Of a stretch of 64,000 nt of DNA, positions 48,994-60,441 are shown in pieces. Source of the stretch: Candidatus Magasanikbacteria bacterium GW2011_GWA2_56_11 (GTDB taxonomy: Bacteria > Patescibacteriota > Patescibacteriia > Magasanikbacterales > UBA922); contig LCRX01000011.1 of NCBI GenBank assembly GCA_001004885.1, forward strand, positions 2,000-65,999. Reading direction: 5' to 3'. The position numbers and the translations under genes were made by a program. Positions within the stretch are counted from its first letter, which is position 1, and every line of letters begins with the position of its first letter. Under the pieces are notes generated by a model, which had not been told where the DNA came from, did not search any database, and saw nothing but the letters and a program-made list of their open reading frames with translations.

Positions 48994-49844
48994 TCATTGA
49001 CACTCACTGCCACATTCAGTTTAGGGGACTCGACACCGACCGGGAGGCGGTAATCGCCCGCGGGCGGCAAAAGGGTTTGATCTTGAATCTCGTCGGCACG
49101 CAAAAAGATACCAGTCGGCGCGCGGTGGAGCTCTCCAGGCAGCATCCGGACATGTACGCTACTATCGGGACGCACCCCAACCATTTGTTTCCCACGCACA
49201 TAGACGAGGAAGAGAGCCATTTTATGTCGCGCGAGGAAGATTTCGACGAGGAATACTACGGTAATTTGTACCAGACCGCTCCCAACAAGATTATCGGGGT
49301 GGGGGAAACCGGGCTCGACCTTTATCACCTGCCGGCGGATATTCCGCTCGAAACAATTTTGTCCAAGCAGAAAGAAGTGTTTGTCAAACACGTGAATTTC
49401 GCGCTCAAATACGGCTTGGCGCTAGTCATTCATGTCCGTGAGGCGCACGAACAAATGATCGAGTTGCTCGCGTCGCTTCCGGCTCTTCCCCGGGCCACGG
49501 TTCATTGCTACACCGGCAACTGGGCGCTGGCGCAAAAATACCTGGACTTTGGCTTTTATATCGGTTTTACCGGCGTCATCACTTTTCCGCCGAAAAAATT
49601 GGATCCGGCGCCGCAACTCGCCTTGCTCGAAGCGGTAGAAAAAATACCTCTGGAGCGCGTAGTAGTGGAAACGGACGCGCCTTACCTGGCGCCGCAGGCC
49701 TACCGGGGGCAGCGCTCAGAGCCCTGGATGACGGCAGAGGTAATTAAAAAAATCGCCGCGGTGCGCGGTTTGGATTACGCGGCGGTTGAACAAGCCGTGT
49801 TTGAGAACTCGCTGCGTTTGTTTGCCAAAATCAAAGTGGCGTAG
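48990..49844 (+). CDS. tatD: TatD family nuclease
   Basis: IIDTHCH, GETGLD, IHVRE, HCY, ETDAPYL; ATGA overlap with cvpA. Confidence 0.93.
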   Translation: MIIDTHCHIQFRGLDTDREAVIARGRQKGLILNLVGTQKDTSRRAVELSRQHPDMYATIGTHPNHLFPTHIDEEESHFMSREEDFDEEYYGNLYQTAPNKIIGVGETGLDLYHLPADIPLETILSKQKEVFVKHVNFALKYGLALVIHVREAHEQMIELLASLPALPRATVHCYTGNWALAQKYLDFGFYIGFTGVITFPPKKLDPAPQLALLEAVEKIPLERVVVETDAPYLAPQAYRGQRSEPWMTAEVIKKIAAVRGLDYAAVEQAVFENSLRLFAKIKVA

Positions 49845-49849
49845 AATAA

Positions 49850-51929
<2,080 letters not shown>

Positions 51930-51934
51930 GCGTC

Positions 51935-52219
51935 GTTATAGTAATGAATATTTTCCGGCTTTTTAATAAGCCAAATATTCTCTATAACAGGGTCGTGAAT
52001 GGGAATACCCGATGAAGAAAGTCGCCTTTACGTGTTTAGTAGAGCCAAGTTTCTTCATCGGGGCTACAAAATCTTTTCATCCCTATCTCGCGACCCCTAA
52101 CCTCTCTTGGTGGACCGGCGGTTTACCTTCACAGCCCCGCCGTCGGTCCACCTTGCCCACCTTCAGGCCGTTTGTAAAAATGGATTGAAGATGAAAAACG
52201 ACCCTGTCCGGGTCGTTTT
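51935..52219 (+). ncRNA. Candidate structured ncRNA, about 285 nt (RNA-A)
   Basis: Promoter to terminator unit made of consecutive helices, including 13-bp stems at 52008-52020/52050-52062 and 52109-52121/52140-52152. Confidence 0.55.
52194..52219. terminator. Bidirectional intrinsic terminator shared by RNA-A and RNA-C
   Basis: AAAAACGACCC-TGTCC-GGGTCGTTTT. Confidence 0.75.
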
Positions 52220-52434
52220 GATTTTGATTGGGGAGGCGGATGTTCCACCTCCGTTTTGGCCCGAATTTCCGGGCCTTGGGGCCGCCGCCGTCGGCATCTG
52301 TCTGCGTATCCCCATTGAACACAGACAGACGTCCCCCGCGCCCTTCACGGCGGGTTGATTCCCCATTTTTCCGACGGCGGCGGCCCGAGCCTCGGCGCTC
52401 AGCGGCACTGGGTCGTAGTGCCGGAGCACACGAA
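52194..52434 (-). ncRNA. Candidate structured ncRNA, about 240 nt (RNA-C)
   Basis: Minus promoter TTGACC-17-TATACT (52441-52469); 16-bp perfect helix 52279-52294/52371-52386 closing a junction; ends at the 52194 terminator. Confidence 0.55.
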
Positions 52435-52472
52435 GTCAACAGTATACTGCTCAGCAAGCGTGCGGTCAATAG

Positions 52473-52498
52473 AAAAACAGCCCTGCGGGGCTGTTTTT
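52473..52498. terminator. Bidirectional-type intrinsic terminator ending RNA-B
   Basis: AAAAACAGCCC-TGCG-GGGCTGTTTTT. Confidence 0.8.
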
Positions 52499-52727
52499 GT
52501 GGATGTGGGGGCGGTACCGATATGGGGGTACCGCGTCTCCTTGTGTTCCAGGCGTTGCCGCCGGCGTCGAGCCACCCCGAGGGGTGAAGTCAGCAGTCGA
52601 GCGGTGAGCGCTCGCGGCGGGACTGCTGAAAACAGTAGTTGCTGTGGCTCAAGACGCCGGCGGCGGCCTATGACCTCGGACAAAAAGGGGGGAGGGTAAC
52701 TTTTCTTTTTGGCCTTATTGGAACATC
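52473..52727 (-). ncRNA. Candidate structured ncRNA, about 250 nt (RNA-B)
   Basis: Minus promoter TTTACA-17-TATACT (52731-52759); 12-bp helix 52557-52568/52653-52664 closing a junction; ends at the 52473 terminator. Confidence 0.55.
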
Positions 52728-52809
52728 CGTAGTATAGCTCATCCGCCAGAGTTTGTAAAGCGCCCCGGCAGTTGAGTTTTCCGTCGCAGTTTAGTACAAT
52801 AACGGCACT

Positions 52810-53106
52810 ATGAAACTTACCCCAGAGGAAATCGAGTCGGTGGCGGTTCTGGCCCGGCTGTCTTTGACTGAGACGGAAAAAACTATGTATGCCGAGCAGC
52901 TGTCGGCGGTTTTGGAGTATGTGGAGCGTCTGGGCGAAGTTGATACCGACCAGGTGCCGGAGACCTGCCAGGTAACTGGGTTAGAAGACGTTACCCGCGA
53001 AGATAAGGTTCGCGACTGTGAGCCAGGCATCCGGCAGAAATTGATCGCCGCCTTTCCGGAAAATGACGACAATTACCTTAGGGTGAAGGCGGTTTTTGAA
53101 GGTTAG
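52810..53106 (+). CDS. gatC: Asp/Glu-tRNA amidotransferase subunit C
   Basis: VAVLARL, VDTDQVPET, RED, VKAVF; precedes gatA. Confidence 0.93.
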   Translation: MKLTPEEIESVAVLARLSLTETEKTMYAEQLSAVLEYVERLGEVDTDQVPETCQVTGLEDVTREDKVRDCEPGIRQKLIAAFPENDDNYLRVKAVFEG

Positions 53107-53126
53107 AAACTGCACGTATGTTTTCC

Positions 53127-53239
53127 CCGAGCGAGCGGCGGCTGGCAAATATGTTTTTAGCGGCTGCGGAGGAATACCCGTTGCGCTCTCGCACTCGTCC
53201 TCGCCGCTAAAAACAGATTACCCGGCACCGCTCGCTCGG
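53127..53239. repeat. Long-hairpin intergenic repeat, family B, copy 2 (between gatC and gatA)
   Basis: Same loop as 45693-45730; covarying inner stem; different but still paired outer stem. Confidence 0.9.
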
Positions 53240-53258
53240 AAAATTAGTCATAGCAGCT

Positions 53259-54689
53259 ATGAATCTTAACGAACTTACCATTGTCCAAGCCCGCTCCGGA
53301 CTGGACAAAAAAGAGTTCTCGGCGGTGGAATTAGCCGCGGCGTGTTTAGCGCGCATTGACGAGCGCAACCCGGCTCTGAATGCCTTTATTACCGTTTCCC
53401 ATGAAACGGCGCTCGAAGAAGCCAAAAAAGCCGATGAACAGATAGCCCGCGGACAAGCTGGCGCGCTGACAGGCATACCGTTCGCGGTCAAGGACGCTAT
53501 TTGTACCCAAGATACGCGCTCCACCGGAGCGGCCACGATTCTTTCGCAGTACGTGCCGCCGTTTGATGCTACAGTGATTGCGAAACTGCGCGCCGAGGGG
53601 GCGGTCTTGCTCGGCAAAAATAATTGCGACGCGTTCGGCCACGGCGCGAGCAACGAAAACTCGATGTACGGGCCGGTGAAAAATCCTCACGACGAAACCC
53701 GGGTCGCGGGCGGATCGAGCGGCGGCTCGGCCGCTGCCGTGGCCGACCAGATGTGCGTGTTTGCTATCGGCGAAGACACGGGCGGTTCTATCCGCCAGCC
53801 GGCCAGTTTTTGCGGCCTCGTCGGCCTGCGTCCCACTTATGGCCGCAATTCGCGTTACGGCATTATGCCGATGGCGAGTTCCCTCGACACTGTCGGCCCG
53901 CTGGCCAAAACGGTCGCGGACGCGGCTATCCTGATGGAGATTATGGCCGGCCGCGACGAGCGTGACGCCACGACCGTGCCCGACGCGGTGCCACCTTACG
54001 GCGAAGAGATAAAAAAATCGGTCAAGGGGCTGCGCGTGGGCATCCCCAGGGAATACTTCGAAATGGAGGGCATAGAGGAAGAGACCAAACGCATCGTACT
54101 GCAGAAAATCGAGTCGCTCAAAGAGCTGGGTTGCACGCTCCGCGAGGTGAGCCTGCCCCACACCAAGTATGCGATCGCGGTTTATTATATTATCGTGCCG
54201 AGCGAAGACAGCTCGAACCTGGCGCGGCTAGACGGCATACGCTACGGCACGCGCACTCCGGCCGGTTCGCTCTACGACACCTATGCCCGGTCGCGCGCCG
54301 AAGGCTTCCCCGAAGAAGTCAAACGCCGTCTGATGATCGGAACCTACGCCCTGTCGGCCGGCTATTACGACGCCTACTACCGCCAGGCGCAAAAAGTGCG
54401 CACGCTCATCGCCCGGGAATTTGACGCTGTCTTTGCCCAGGTTGACGTCCTGGCCACGCCGACGTCGCCGTTTCCGGCTTTTAAGCTGGGCGCCAAAAAA
54501 GACGACGTGCTGGCGATGTATTTGGCCGACATTTTCGCCGTTCCGGCCTCTGTCGCCGGTATTCCGGGCCTGTCGGTTCCGGCCGGCAAAACGGCCGCTG
54601 GTCTGCCGGTCGGATTGCAGCTTATCGGGCCGCGGCTGGGTGAAAGCGCGGTTTTGCGGGCGGGACATCACCTGGAGACCACCATCTAA
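53259..54689 (+). CDS. gatA: Asp/Glu-tRNA amidotransferase subunit A
   Basis: AVKD, GGSSGGSAAAV, DTGGSIRQPA, SNLARLDG, YYDAYY. Confidence 0.96.
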   Translation: MNLNELTIVQARSGLDKKEFSAVELAAACLARIDERNPALNAFITVSHETALEEAKKADEQIARGQAGALTGIPFAVKDAICTQDTRSTGAATILSQYVPPFDATVIAKLRAEGAVLLGKNNCDAFGHGASNENSMYGPVKNPHDETRVAGGSSGGSAAAVADQMCVFAIGEDTGGSIRQPASFCGLVGLRPTYGRNSRYGIMPMASSLDTVGPLAKTVADAAILMEIMAGRDERDATTVPDAVPPYGEEIKKSVKGLRVGIPREYFEMEGIEEETKRIVLQKIESLKELGCTLREVSLPHTKYAIAVYYIIVPSEDSSNLARLDGIRYGTRTPAGSLYDTYARSRAEGFPEEVKRRLMIGTYALSAGYYDAYYRQAQKVRTLIAREFDAVFAQVDVLATPTSPFPAFKLGAKKDDVLAMYLADIFAVPASVAGIPGLSVPAGKTAAGLPVGLQLIGPRLGESAVLRAGHHLETTI

Positions 54690-54712
54690 CAGTCAATTTA
54701 CTTAAACCAGCT

Positions 54713-56122
54713 ATGAAAAAAGACACTATCCGCAAAATGCAGGAGCAGGCCAGCCATGTTTTTGGCTACGCCCTGCGCGAGGGCGATTACCGCGAGCCGT
54801 GGCAGATATTCCGGATCATGGCTGAGTTTGTCGAAGGCTATCAGTTTCTGTCGCAATTAAAAAACGAAGTTACGATTCTCGGCTCGGCGCGGATTCCCGA
54901 CGGGCACGAATTTTGCCGGGCGGCGCGCGAGCTCGCGCGGCTTTTGGGCCAGGCCGGTTTTACTGTCATTACCGGCGGCGGCCCGGGCATTATGGAGGCG
55001 GCTAATCGGGGAGCCAAGGAGGGCGGGGGAGAGTCTATCGGGCTCAACATCCAGCTGCCGTTCGAGCAGGTGATCAATCCGTACGTTACCAAATCCACTT
55101 CGTTTCACTATTTTTTTACCCGCAAGGTAATGCTCACCTCGCCGGCAAACGCGTTCGTGTATTTTCCGGGCGGCTTTGGCACGATGGACGAATTTTTCGA
55201 GGTGGCCGACCTGATGGAGCTGGGGCTTATGAGCCGCACGCCGATGGTACTGGTCGGGCGCAAGTTCTGGACGCCGCTGATGGAGTTTTTGCGCGCCAAA
55301 GCCTGTCCTTTCGGCTCGGTGCCCGAGGCGGACGTGGCGTCGTGGAAGATCGAGGACGATCCGGCGCAGGCGTTCGCGCACTTGAAAGAGGTCAAAGACG
55401 TCGTCCGGCCTTGCGAACTGGATTCGAATAACTTTCAGTGCCAGGGCAACATAGACTGGCGCATTTTCCGTATCATGGCCGAGCTGGTGGAAGGCTTCGA
55501 GTTTGTTACGAACCTGCAACACCGGGCAGTAACCGTTTTGGGAACCAAAGGGGTTAACCCCGGCACTTCGTATTATGACTCGGCGTACAATCTCGGTTCG
55601 ATTCTCGCCGGAGAGGGTTACGCGGTTATTACCGGCGGCCAGAAAGGCATTGCCGAGGCGGTAAACCAGGGGGCTTTCGAAAACGGCGGGGAGTCTATCG
55701 GCATTACCATGCGGATGAAAGGGGCGGTCAAGAGCAATCCGTACCTGACCAAGACCATCGGCTTCGATTTTCCGTTCACCCGCAAGCTGGCCGTGACCAC
55801 GCCGACCAAGGCTTTCGTGTTCTATCCGGGCGGCTTTGGCACGCTGCACCAGCTGTTTGAAGTGCTGACCTTGATCCAGACCAAAAAAATGCGTAAAGTG
55901 CCGGTGATTCTGATGGATCACGATTTCTGGCAGCCGCTGCACGAATTTATCAAAGAGGCGATGGTAACGGAGCTCGAGACCATTGCCGACGAGGATGACG
56001 AACTGTACCAGATAGTGGACAGCGAAGAGAGCGTGCTGCGCGTGATCGCGGATTTTGAATCGCGCCAGGCGCCGGTCTTGCTCGACCTGCCGGGCAGCGG
56101 ACTCTCGCCGGTGAAAGCGTAA
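54713..56122 (+). CDS. LOG/TIGR00730 family nucleotide phosphoribohydrolase with two tandem domains
   Basis: Two W.IFRIMAE...TGG...PGGFGT units. Confidence 0.9.
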   Translation: MKKDTIRKMQEQASHVFGYALREGDYREPWQIFRIMAEFVEGYQFLSQLKNEVTILGSARIPDGHEFCRAARELARLLGQAGFTVITGGGPGIMEAANRGAKEGGGESIGLNIQLPFEQVINPYVTKSTSFHYFFTRKVMLTSPANAFVYFPGGFGTMDEFFEVADLMELGLMSRTPMVLVGRKFWTPLMEFLRAKACPFGSVPEADVASWKIEDDPAQAFAHLKEVKDVVRPCELDSNNFQCQGNIDWRIFRIMAELVEGFEFVTNLQHRAVTVLGTKGVNPGTSYYDSAYNLGSILAGEGYAVITGGQKGIAEAVNQGAFENGGESIGITMRMKGAVKSNPYLTKTIGFDFPFTRKLAVTTPTKAFVFYPGGFGTLHQLFEVLTLIQTKKMRKVPVILMDHDFWQPLHEFIKEAMVTELETIADEDDELYQIVDSEESVLRVIADFESRQAPVLLDLPGSGLSPVKA

Positions 56123-56129
56123 ACGATCT

Positions 56130-56894
56130 ATGTTTCCGTGGTTTCAATACACTGTCATTTATCTCGGCCCCATTCCGATCCGCGTCTGGGGCCTTTTCGT
56201 CGCGGCCGGGATGCTAGTCGCGCTGACTATTATTTATCGTCGGGGACGCCGGCTGGGAATGAACGGCGAACATTTACTCGATCACGCGCTCTGGATGATA
56301 GTATTAGGAATTATTTTCGCCCGGTTGTTCCATGTATTTTTCTACGAACCGGCCTACTTCCTGGCGCAGCCGGCAGAGATGGTGAAAATTTGGCACGGCG
56401 GCCTGTCGTCGTACGGCGGTTTTTTGGGGGCGGTGCTGGGTTTCCTCTGGTATGCCAAACGCCGCGGCGTGGGCAAAACTTCGTGGATCAAAATCGCGGA
56501 CCTCATGAGTTTTGCCGCGCTTTTTGGCTGGATCGTCGGGCGGCTGGGCTGCGTGATGATCCACGACCACCTGGGCCGGCCGTGCAACTGCTGGCTGGCT
56601 ATCCAGACGCCCGACGGGCCGCGGCTGGAGATGTCTATACTCGAGATACTGGGCCTGCTGCCGCTGGCGGCCGTGTTCGTGATCGCGCGCCAACAAAAGA
56701 AACCCGACGGCTGGTTTTTGGGCGTGATGCTGGTTTACTACGGCCTTCTGCGCTTTACGCTCGATTTTTACCGCGCCGTAGACTTGCCGAACTCCGATGC
56801 CCGTTACCTAGGGTTGACTCCGGCGCAGTATTTTAGTATTATTATGGCGGGTTTTGGGATCTCGCTGCTCCTCAAAATCAGGCAGAAAACCTAG
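56130..56894 (+). CDS. lgt: Prolipoprotein diacylglyceryl transferase
   Basis: ARLFHV, WHGGLSSYGG, GRLGC, RFTLDFYR, LTPAQY. Confidence 0.9.
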   Translation: MFPWFQYTVIYLGPIPIRVWGLFVAAGMLVALTIIYRRGRRLGMNGEHLLDHALWMIVLGIIFARLFHVFFYEPAYFLAQPAEMVKIWHGGLSSYGGFLGAVLGFLWYAKRRGVGKTSWIKIADLMSFAALFGWIVGRLGCVMIHDHLGRPCNCWLAIQTPDGPRLEMSILEILGLLPLAAVFVIARQQKKPDGWFLGVMLVYYGLLRFTLDFYRAVDLPNSDARYLGLTPAQYFSIIMAGFGISLLLKIRQKT

Positions 56895-56897
56895 CTT

Positions 56898-57368
56898 ATG
56901 GAGTTTAAAATTTACGCCAGCGCCGTTATTGAGCAGAACGGCCGAATATTGTTGGTGCAGGAGGGGAAGGCAGATAACTTTGAGAAGTGGAACCTGCCCT
57001 GCGGCCACCTGGAATTGGCCGAAATGCCGCTAGACGGCGCCAAGCGTGAGACATTTGAGGAAACGGCGCTCACGATTGAGGTTACCGGATTTCTCGGAGT
57101 CTATAGCTCTGTCGGCGCGAATCATTCGATCCGGTTCGTCTATTGTTCAAACGAATTCGCCGGCGAGGCAAAGCCGGGCGACGAGATATTGGCCGTAAAG
57201 TGGTTTGAGCCGGTCGAACTCCGGAACTTGGATGAACAGCGGTTCGTCAGCCCGCTTGTACTTGAGGCCGCCGTCGCTGATTACGTTAACGGTCGCCAGT
57301 TTCCGGCCACGGTTGTGCGCAAGATAACAATGGACAACAAAATTAAGTACCATGGAGAGGTCGCATAG
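56898..57368 (+). CDS. NUDIX hydrolase
   Basis: WNLPCGHLELAE...AKRETFEET Nudix box; last 15 nt overlap tRNA-Ser. Confidence 0.85.
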   Translation: MEFKIYASAVIEQNGRILLVQEGKADNFEKWNLPCGHLELAEMPLDGAKRETFEETALTIEVTGFLGVYSSVGANHSIRFVYCSNEFAGEAKPGDEILAVKWFEPVELRNLDEQRFVSPLVLEAAVADYVNGRQFPATVVRKITMDNKIKYHGEVA

Positions 57369-57439
57369 TTGGCCTAGTGCGCACGCTTGGAAAGCGTGTA
57401 TACCGAAAGGTATCGAGGGTTCGAATCCCTCCCTCTCCG
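57354..57439 (+). tRNA. tRNA-Ser (GGA)
   Basis: GGAGAGG...CCTCTCCG, anticodon loop TTGGAAA, long variable arm. Confidence 0.95.
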
Positions 57440-57461
57440 CCCATTTCGGTCGCGAACGAAA

Positions 57462-58440
57462 CTAGGAATCTTGGCTCTGCTTAGCCAAGGCTGAGGGCGC
57501 CGTGCACCTGTCGTCCGGCTCGGGTAGCCCGGGTGTTGCCCACCCGTTGCCCAAGAATGGTACATCCGGTGCCACAAGCACACGGACCGCTTCGTACAGC
57601 GAAGACGGCGCGAGGTGAGCATAGCGTTCGGTGACTTGGACCGTGCTGTGTCCTAGGAGAATCTGCACGGAGCGAATCGGTACTCCGCGCGAGACGAGCT
57701 GCGACGCGAATGTGTGCCTCAGTACGTGCCAGCCTATCGGGCGGACACCTGCCCGGGCACACGCCCGGTACAGGAGTTTCGATGTGGTCGCCTCAGGAAT
57801 CGGCGTTCCGTCCCGACGAGGGAAGACGAGTCCGGATGTGCCCCGCCGGCTATCGAGAGCGCTCGCGAGGTCCGGGGCCATCGGGATGTGGCGAATGCGG
57901 TTGTTCTTCGGCGTTCCAAGAATCCCGCGCACGATGGACCGCTGCACTGTTATCAGGTGCGTCGTGAAAGTAATGTCGCGCCATTCGAGCGCGGTCAGCT
58001 CGCCTCGGCGCATTCCCGTGCGCAGTGCGCAGAGGATCATCGCGTGGGTCTGCGCATCTGGTGCTGCCGCGAGCAGCCGAGTGCAGTCCTCCGGGCTTAG
58101 ATAGTTGTCTTTGGGAGGAGCGGTCTTGAGCCAGTGCATGCGAGGGCTCCGCTCGAGTTCCTCCCACTCCTCTGCAGCGGATAGGGCGGCATGGAGTACC
58201 GTTAGATGGTTGTTGATCGTCTTCGCGCACAGGCCGTCAGCCAGGCGGTCTGCCTTGTAGCGCTCGATCCGCGCGAGAGTGATCTCGGCCAAGACTAGCG
58301 ACCCGAAAGCAGGAACGAGGTACCGGGCGAGGATGCCCTCCTTGGCGCGCACCGTTGACGGGCGGTTGTTCGTGCGAGCGTAGATGGTCATCCAGCGTGC
58401 CGAAAAGGGCCCGAACTGGATCAGGTCTTGTGCGCGCCGT
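57462..58440 (-). pseudogene. Tyrosine recombinase/integrase, N-terminus lost
   Basis: TGMRRGEL, TPK, WHVLRHTFAS, LLGH, TERYAH catalytic set; upstream sequence is IS tnpC rather than an integrase start. Confidence 0.8.
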
Positions 58441-58851
58441 TCAAGTGGCTCTCCGCGCGCCAGGCGTCCTCGTCTTGGGGGGCGAGCCATCGGTTGCGGG
58501 AGCTCCCGTCGACGACGGCGGCGCGCAGTCGCCCGCGGCGCCCGGGCCCTCGTCGCCCGACAGTGCCGACGCCTCCGGCTCGGGCTCGTCGTCGAAGAGC
58601 CCTCGCAGCTTCTCGGAGCTCGAGCCGAACAGCATCTTCCTCAGCCGCCGGATCGAGGCCCCCTTGGTCTCCAACTCCCGGGTCAACGTGGTCAGGGTCC
58701 CTACAGCGCCTGCAAGCGTCTGATGGTCCTCGTCGCTCAGCACTGGGCGGACACGCTCGACGATGGCATCCAGATCCTCGGCGGAGACCTCCTTGCGCAC
58801 GGCCGGCCGCGGCGGCGGGCGCTTCTGGTCCGGCTTCTTCGTTCGCTTCAT
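58441..58851 (-). pseudogene. IS66-family TnpC transposase, N-terminal fragment only
   Basis: IRRLRKMLFGSSSEK leucine-zipper motif; ATGA overlap with the DUF4338 gene; truncated after 136 aa. Confidence 0.75.
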
Positions 58852-59726
58852 CCCACCCCCGACAGCCGCTCCCGGAAGTCTCCGGTCAGCGGGTAGCCCA
58901 TCACCTCTTTGAGCGGACGGTTCGCTTGATGCGTCTGGTCGTCCTTGCCGCGGCCCGTGGTCAGGCCGAGGCGGACCCAGTTCGCCGCTCGATAGCACGT
59001 GCCCTTGAAGCGGCCCGGATCCACGAAGGTCTCCAGCCAGTAGACGGGATGTCCATACAGCCGCTCCCACTCCCGGGGCACCCGCTGGGCCATCTGACCG
59101 AGCAGGTGCGAGGCCAGGTGCTTGACCTCGACCCACGGAAGGATCAGGAATCGGCTGTTGTAGGCCAACAAGCGGATGTTGGCGCGGCGTGCCGCCCCGG
59201 ACCACCCGATGTACTGGTCGCGCGGACCCAGGTGACGCGGCGCCGAGCTCCACGTCAGGCACGCCAGGGGCCGGCCTCCGGCGCTCACCAGGAACTTCAG
59301 GTGCTCCCCGACGGGTTGCACGTAGCCCAGGTAGTGGTGGCCCTCCAGCAGGCCGTCGAACATGGGCTCGCTCTCGCTGCGCCGCACCTGCTCGAAGCTC
59401 AGCTCGCCCAGCTCCGAGAGCCGGCAGCGGACAGGCGTCTGGTCGACCGTCACCGGCCGACGACGCACGCGCCGGGCCAAGGGATTGGGTGGCACCTGCC
59501 GCACCGCCGGAAGCTCGATGTGGCCGCCACGGTGCAGCTCCAGCATCAGCCCGCGGCAGACCATGTCGCGAAGGCAGCCGTTGGTCTGCCTCCAGTCCCA
59601 GGCTTCGCAGAGCTTCGTCGACAGCACGCGCCGACTGGCGGAGGGGTGGGCCGCGATCAGCTCCTGGATGAAGCCGACCTCCTGCCGTGTGACCGTCCGC
59701 CCTCGATACTCGATGACCGCATCCAT
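58848..59726 (-). CDS. DUF4338 (DruA-like) protein carried inside the IS66-like element
   Basis: LCEAWDW, HHYLGY, RDQYIGW, NSRFLILPWV, ETFVDP...GTCYRAANW..LG.TTGRG; start placed at MDAVIEY. Confidence 0.85.
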   Translation of the reverse strand: MDAVIEYRGRTVTRQEVGFIQELIAAHPSASRRVLSTKLCEAWDWRQTNGCLRDMVCRGLMLELHRGGHIELPAVRQVPPNPLARRVRRRPVTVDQTPVRCRLSELGELSFEQVRRSESEPMFDGLLEGHHYLGYVQPVGEHLKFLVSAGGRPLACLTWSSAPRHLGPRDQYIGWSGAARRANIRLLAYNSRFLILPWVEVKHLASHLLGQMAQRVPREWERLYGHPVYWLETFVDPGRFKGTCYRAANWVRLGLTTGRGKDDQTHQANRPLKEVMGYPLTGDFRERLSGVG

Positions 59727-59781
59727 GCACCGCGAGTACCGTTGGTGCGACTGGAACGCAAGAAGAAAAGCGACGTCATGT

Positions 59782-60001
59782 TCACGCGGCCGGAGCCACC
59801 CGTCGCCACACCGCCGCCGCATTCGTTTGGCTCGGATCGCCGCCACACAGCAGCACCTGGAGCTCGTGCGCCTGCAGCGCGGTGACCGGCTCCGGCCCGC
59901 AGCACCGAGCGGCAGACCTGGGCCATCCCGTCGATGCCGCGCCGAAAGTCCACCGGCTGGATGGCCACCAGCACCCGCATCTGCGGCGTGATCTGGATCA
60001 C
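59782..60001 (-). pseudogene. IS66 accessory protein TnpB with an internal deletion
   Basis: N-terminal PVDFRRGIDGM and C-terminal AHELQVLL.GGDP in different frames; the central region is missing. Confidence 0.75.
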
Positions 60002-60441
60002 CGGCCGCGGCTCCAGAACGCCCGCGCTAGCCCGACCACGTCCACCGCGGTCCCCGCGCCCAGTCGCACCATCATATGCGCCCCGTCGCCGCTCGACAGC
60101 TCGACGACGATCCCGGCGTCGCTCCGCGGGGTCCACGGCGAAGTCCCGACCTCGCCGAGGAGCTGCGCCCCCTCCAACTCCACGAACGTGCCAGGCAGGG
60201 CCACGCCCGTGCTCTTCGAACCCTGGCCCTCGCCGAGCCGACTCTTGAGGGAGCCGTAGCCCACATCCACGAACTGCGAGACCCGGTACACACCGAGCCT
60301 GCGCGCAAGCGCGACCGCCTCCTCCCAGAGCGGCTCCGGCATCCGCACGCCCCTCCGCCGATGCCGCCGCCAGTCGGCGACTGCACGACGAGCTGCCTCG
60401 AGCCGCTGCTCGAGCACGCCGGCGTCCTTCGTCCCTCGCAT
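59998..60441 (-). CDS. IS66-family OrfA (TnpA-like HTH protein)
   Basis: WR...RMPEPLWEEAVALA, FVEL motifs; GTGA overlap with tnpB; possible IS end GTAGTCTCT at 60481. Confidence 0.75.
   Translation of the reverse strand: MRGTKDAGVLEQRLEAARRAVADWRRHRRRGVRMPEPLWEEAVALARRLGVYRVSQFVDVGYGSLKSRLGEGQGSKSTGVALPGTFVELEGAQLLGEVGTSPWTPRSDAGIVVELSSGDGAHMMVRLGAGTAVDVVGLARAFWSRGR

Noticed and set aside
52083-52699. Short ORFs across the ligA-gatC gap
   Set aside because: They run through terminators and promoters, lack motifs, and read like GC hairpin sequence; not formally excluded without RNAcode
58848-59726. Druantia defence system
   Set aside because: Only the DUF4338 gene is present, inside an IS66-like array, with no DruE helicase or other dru genes
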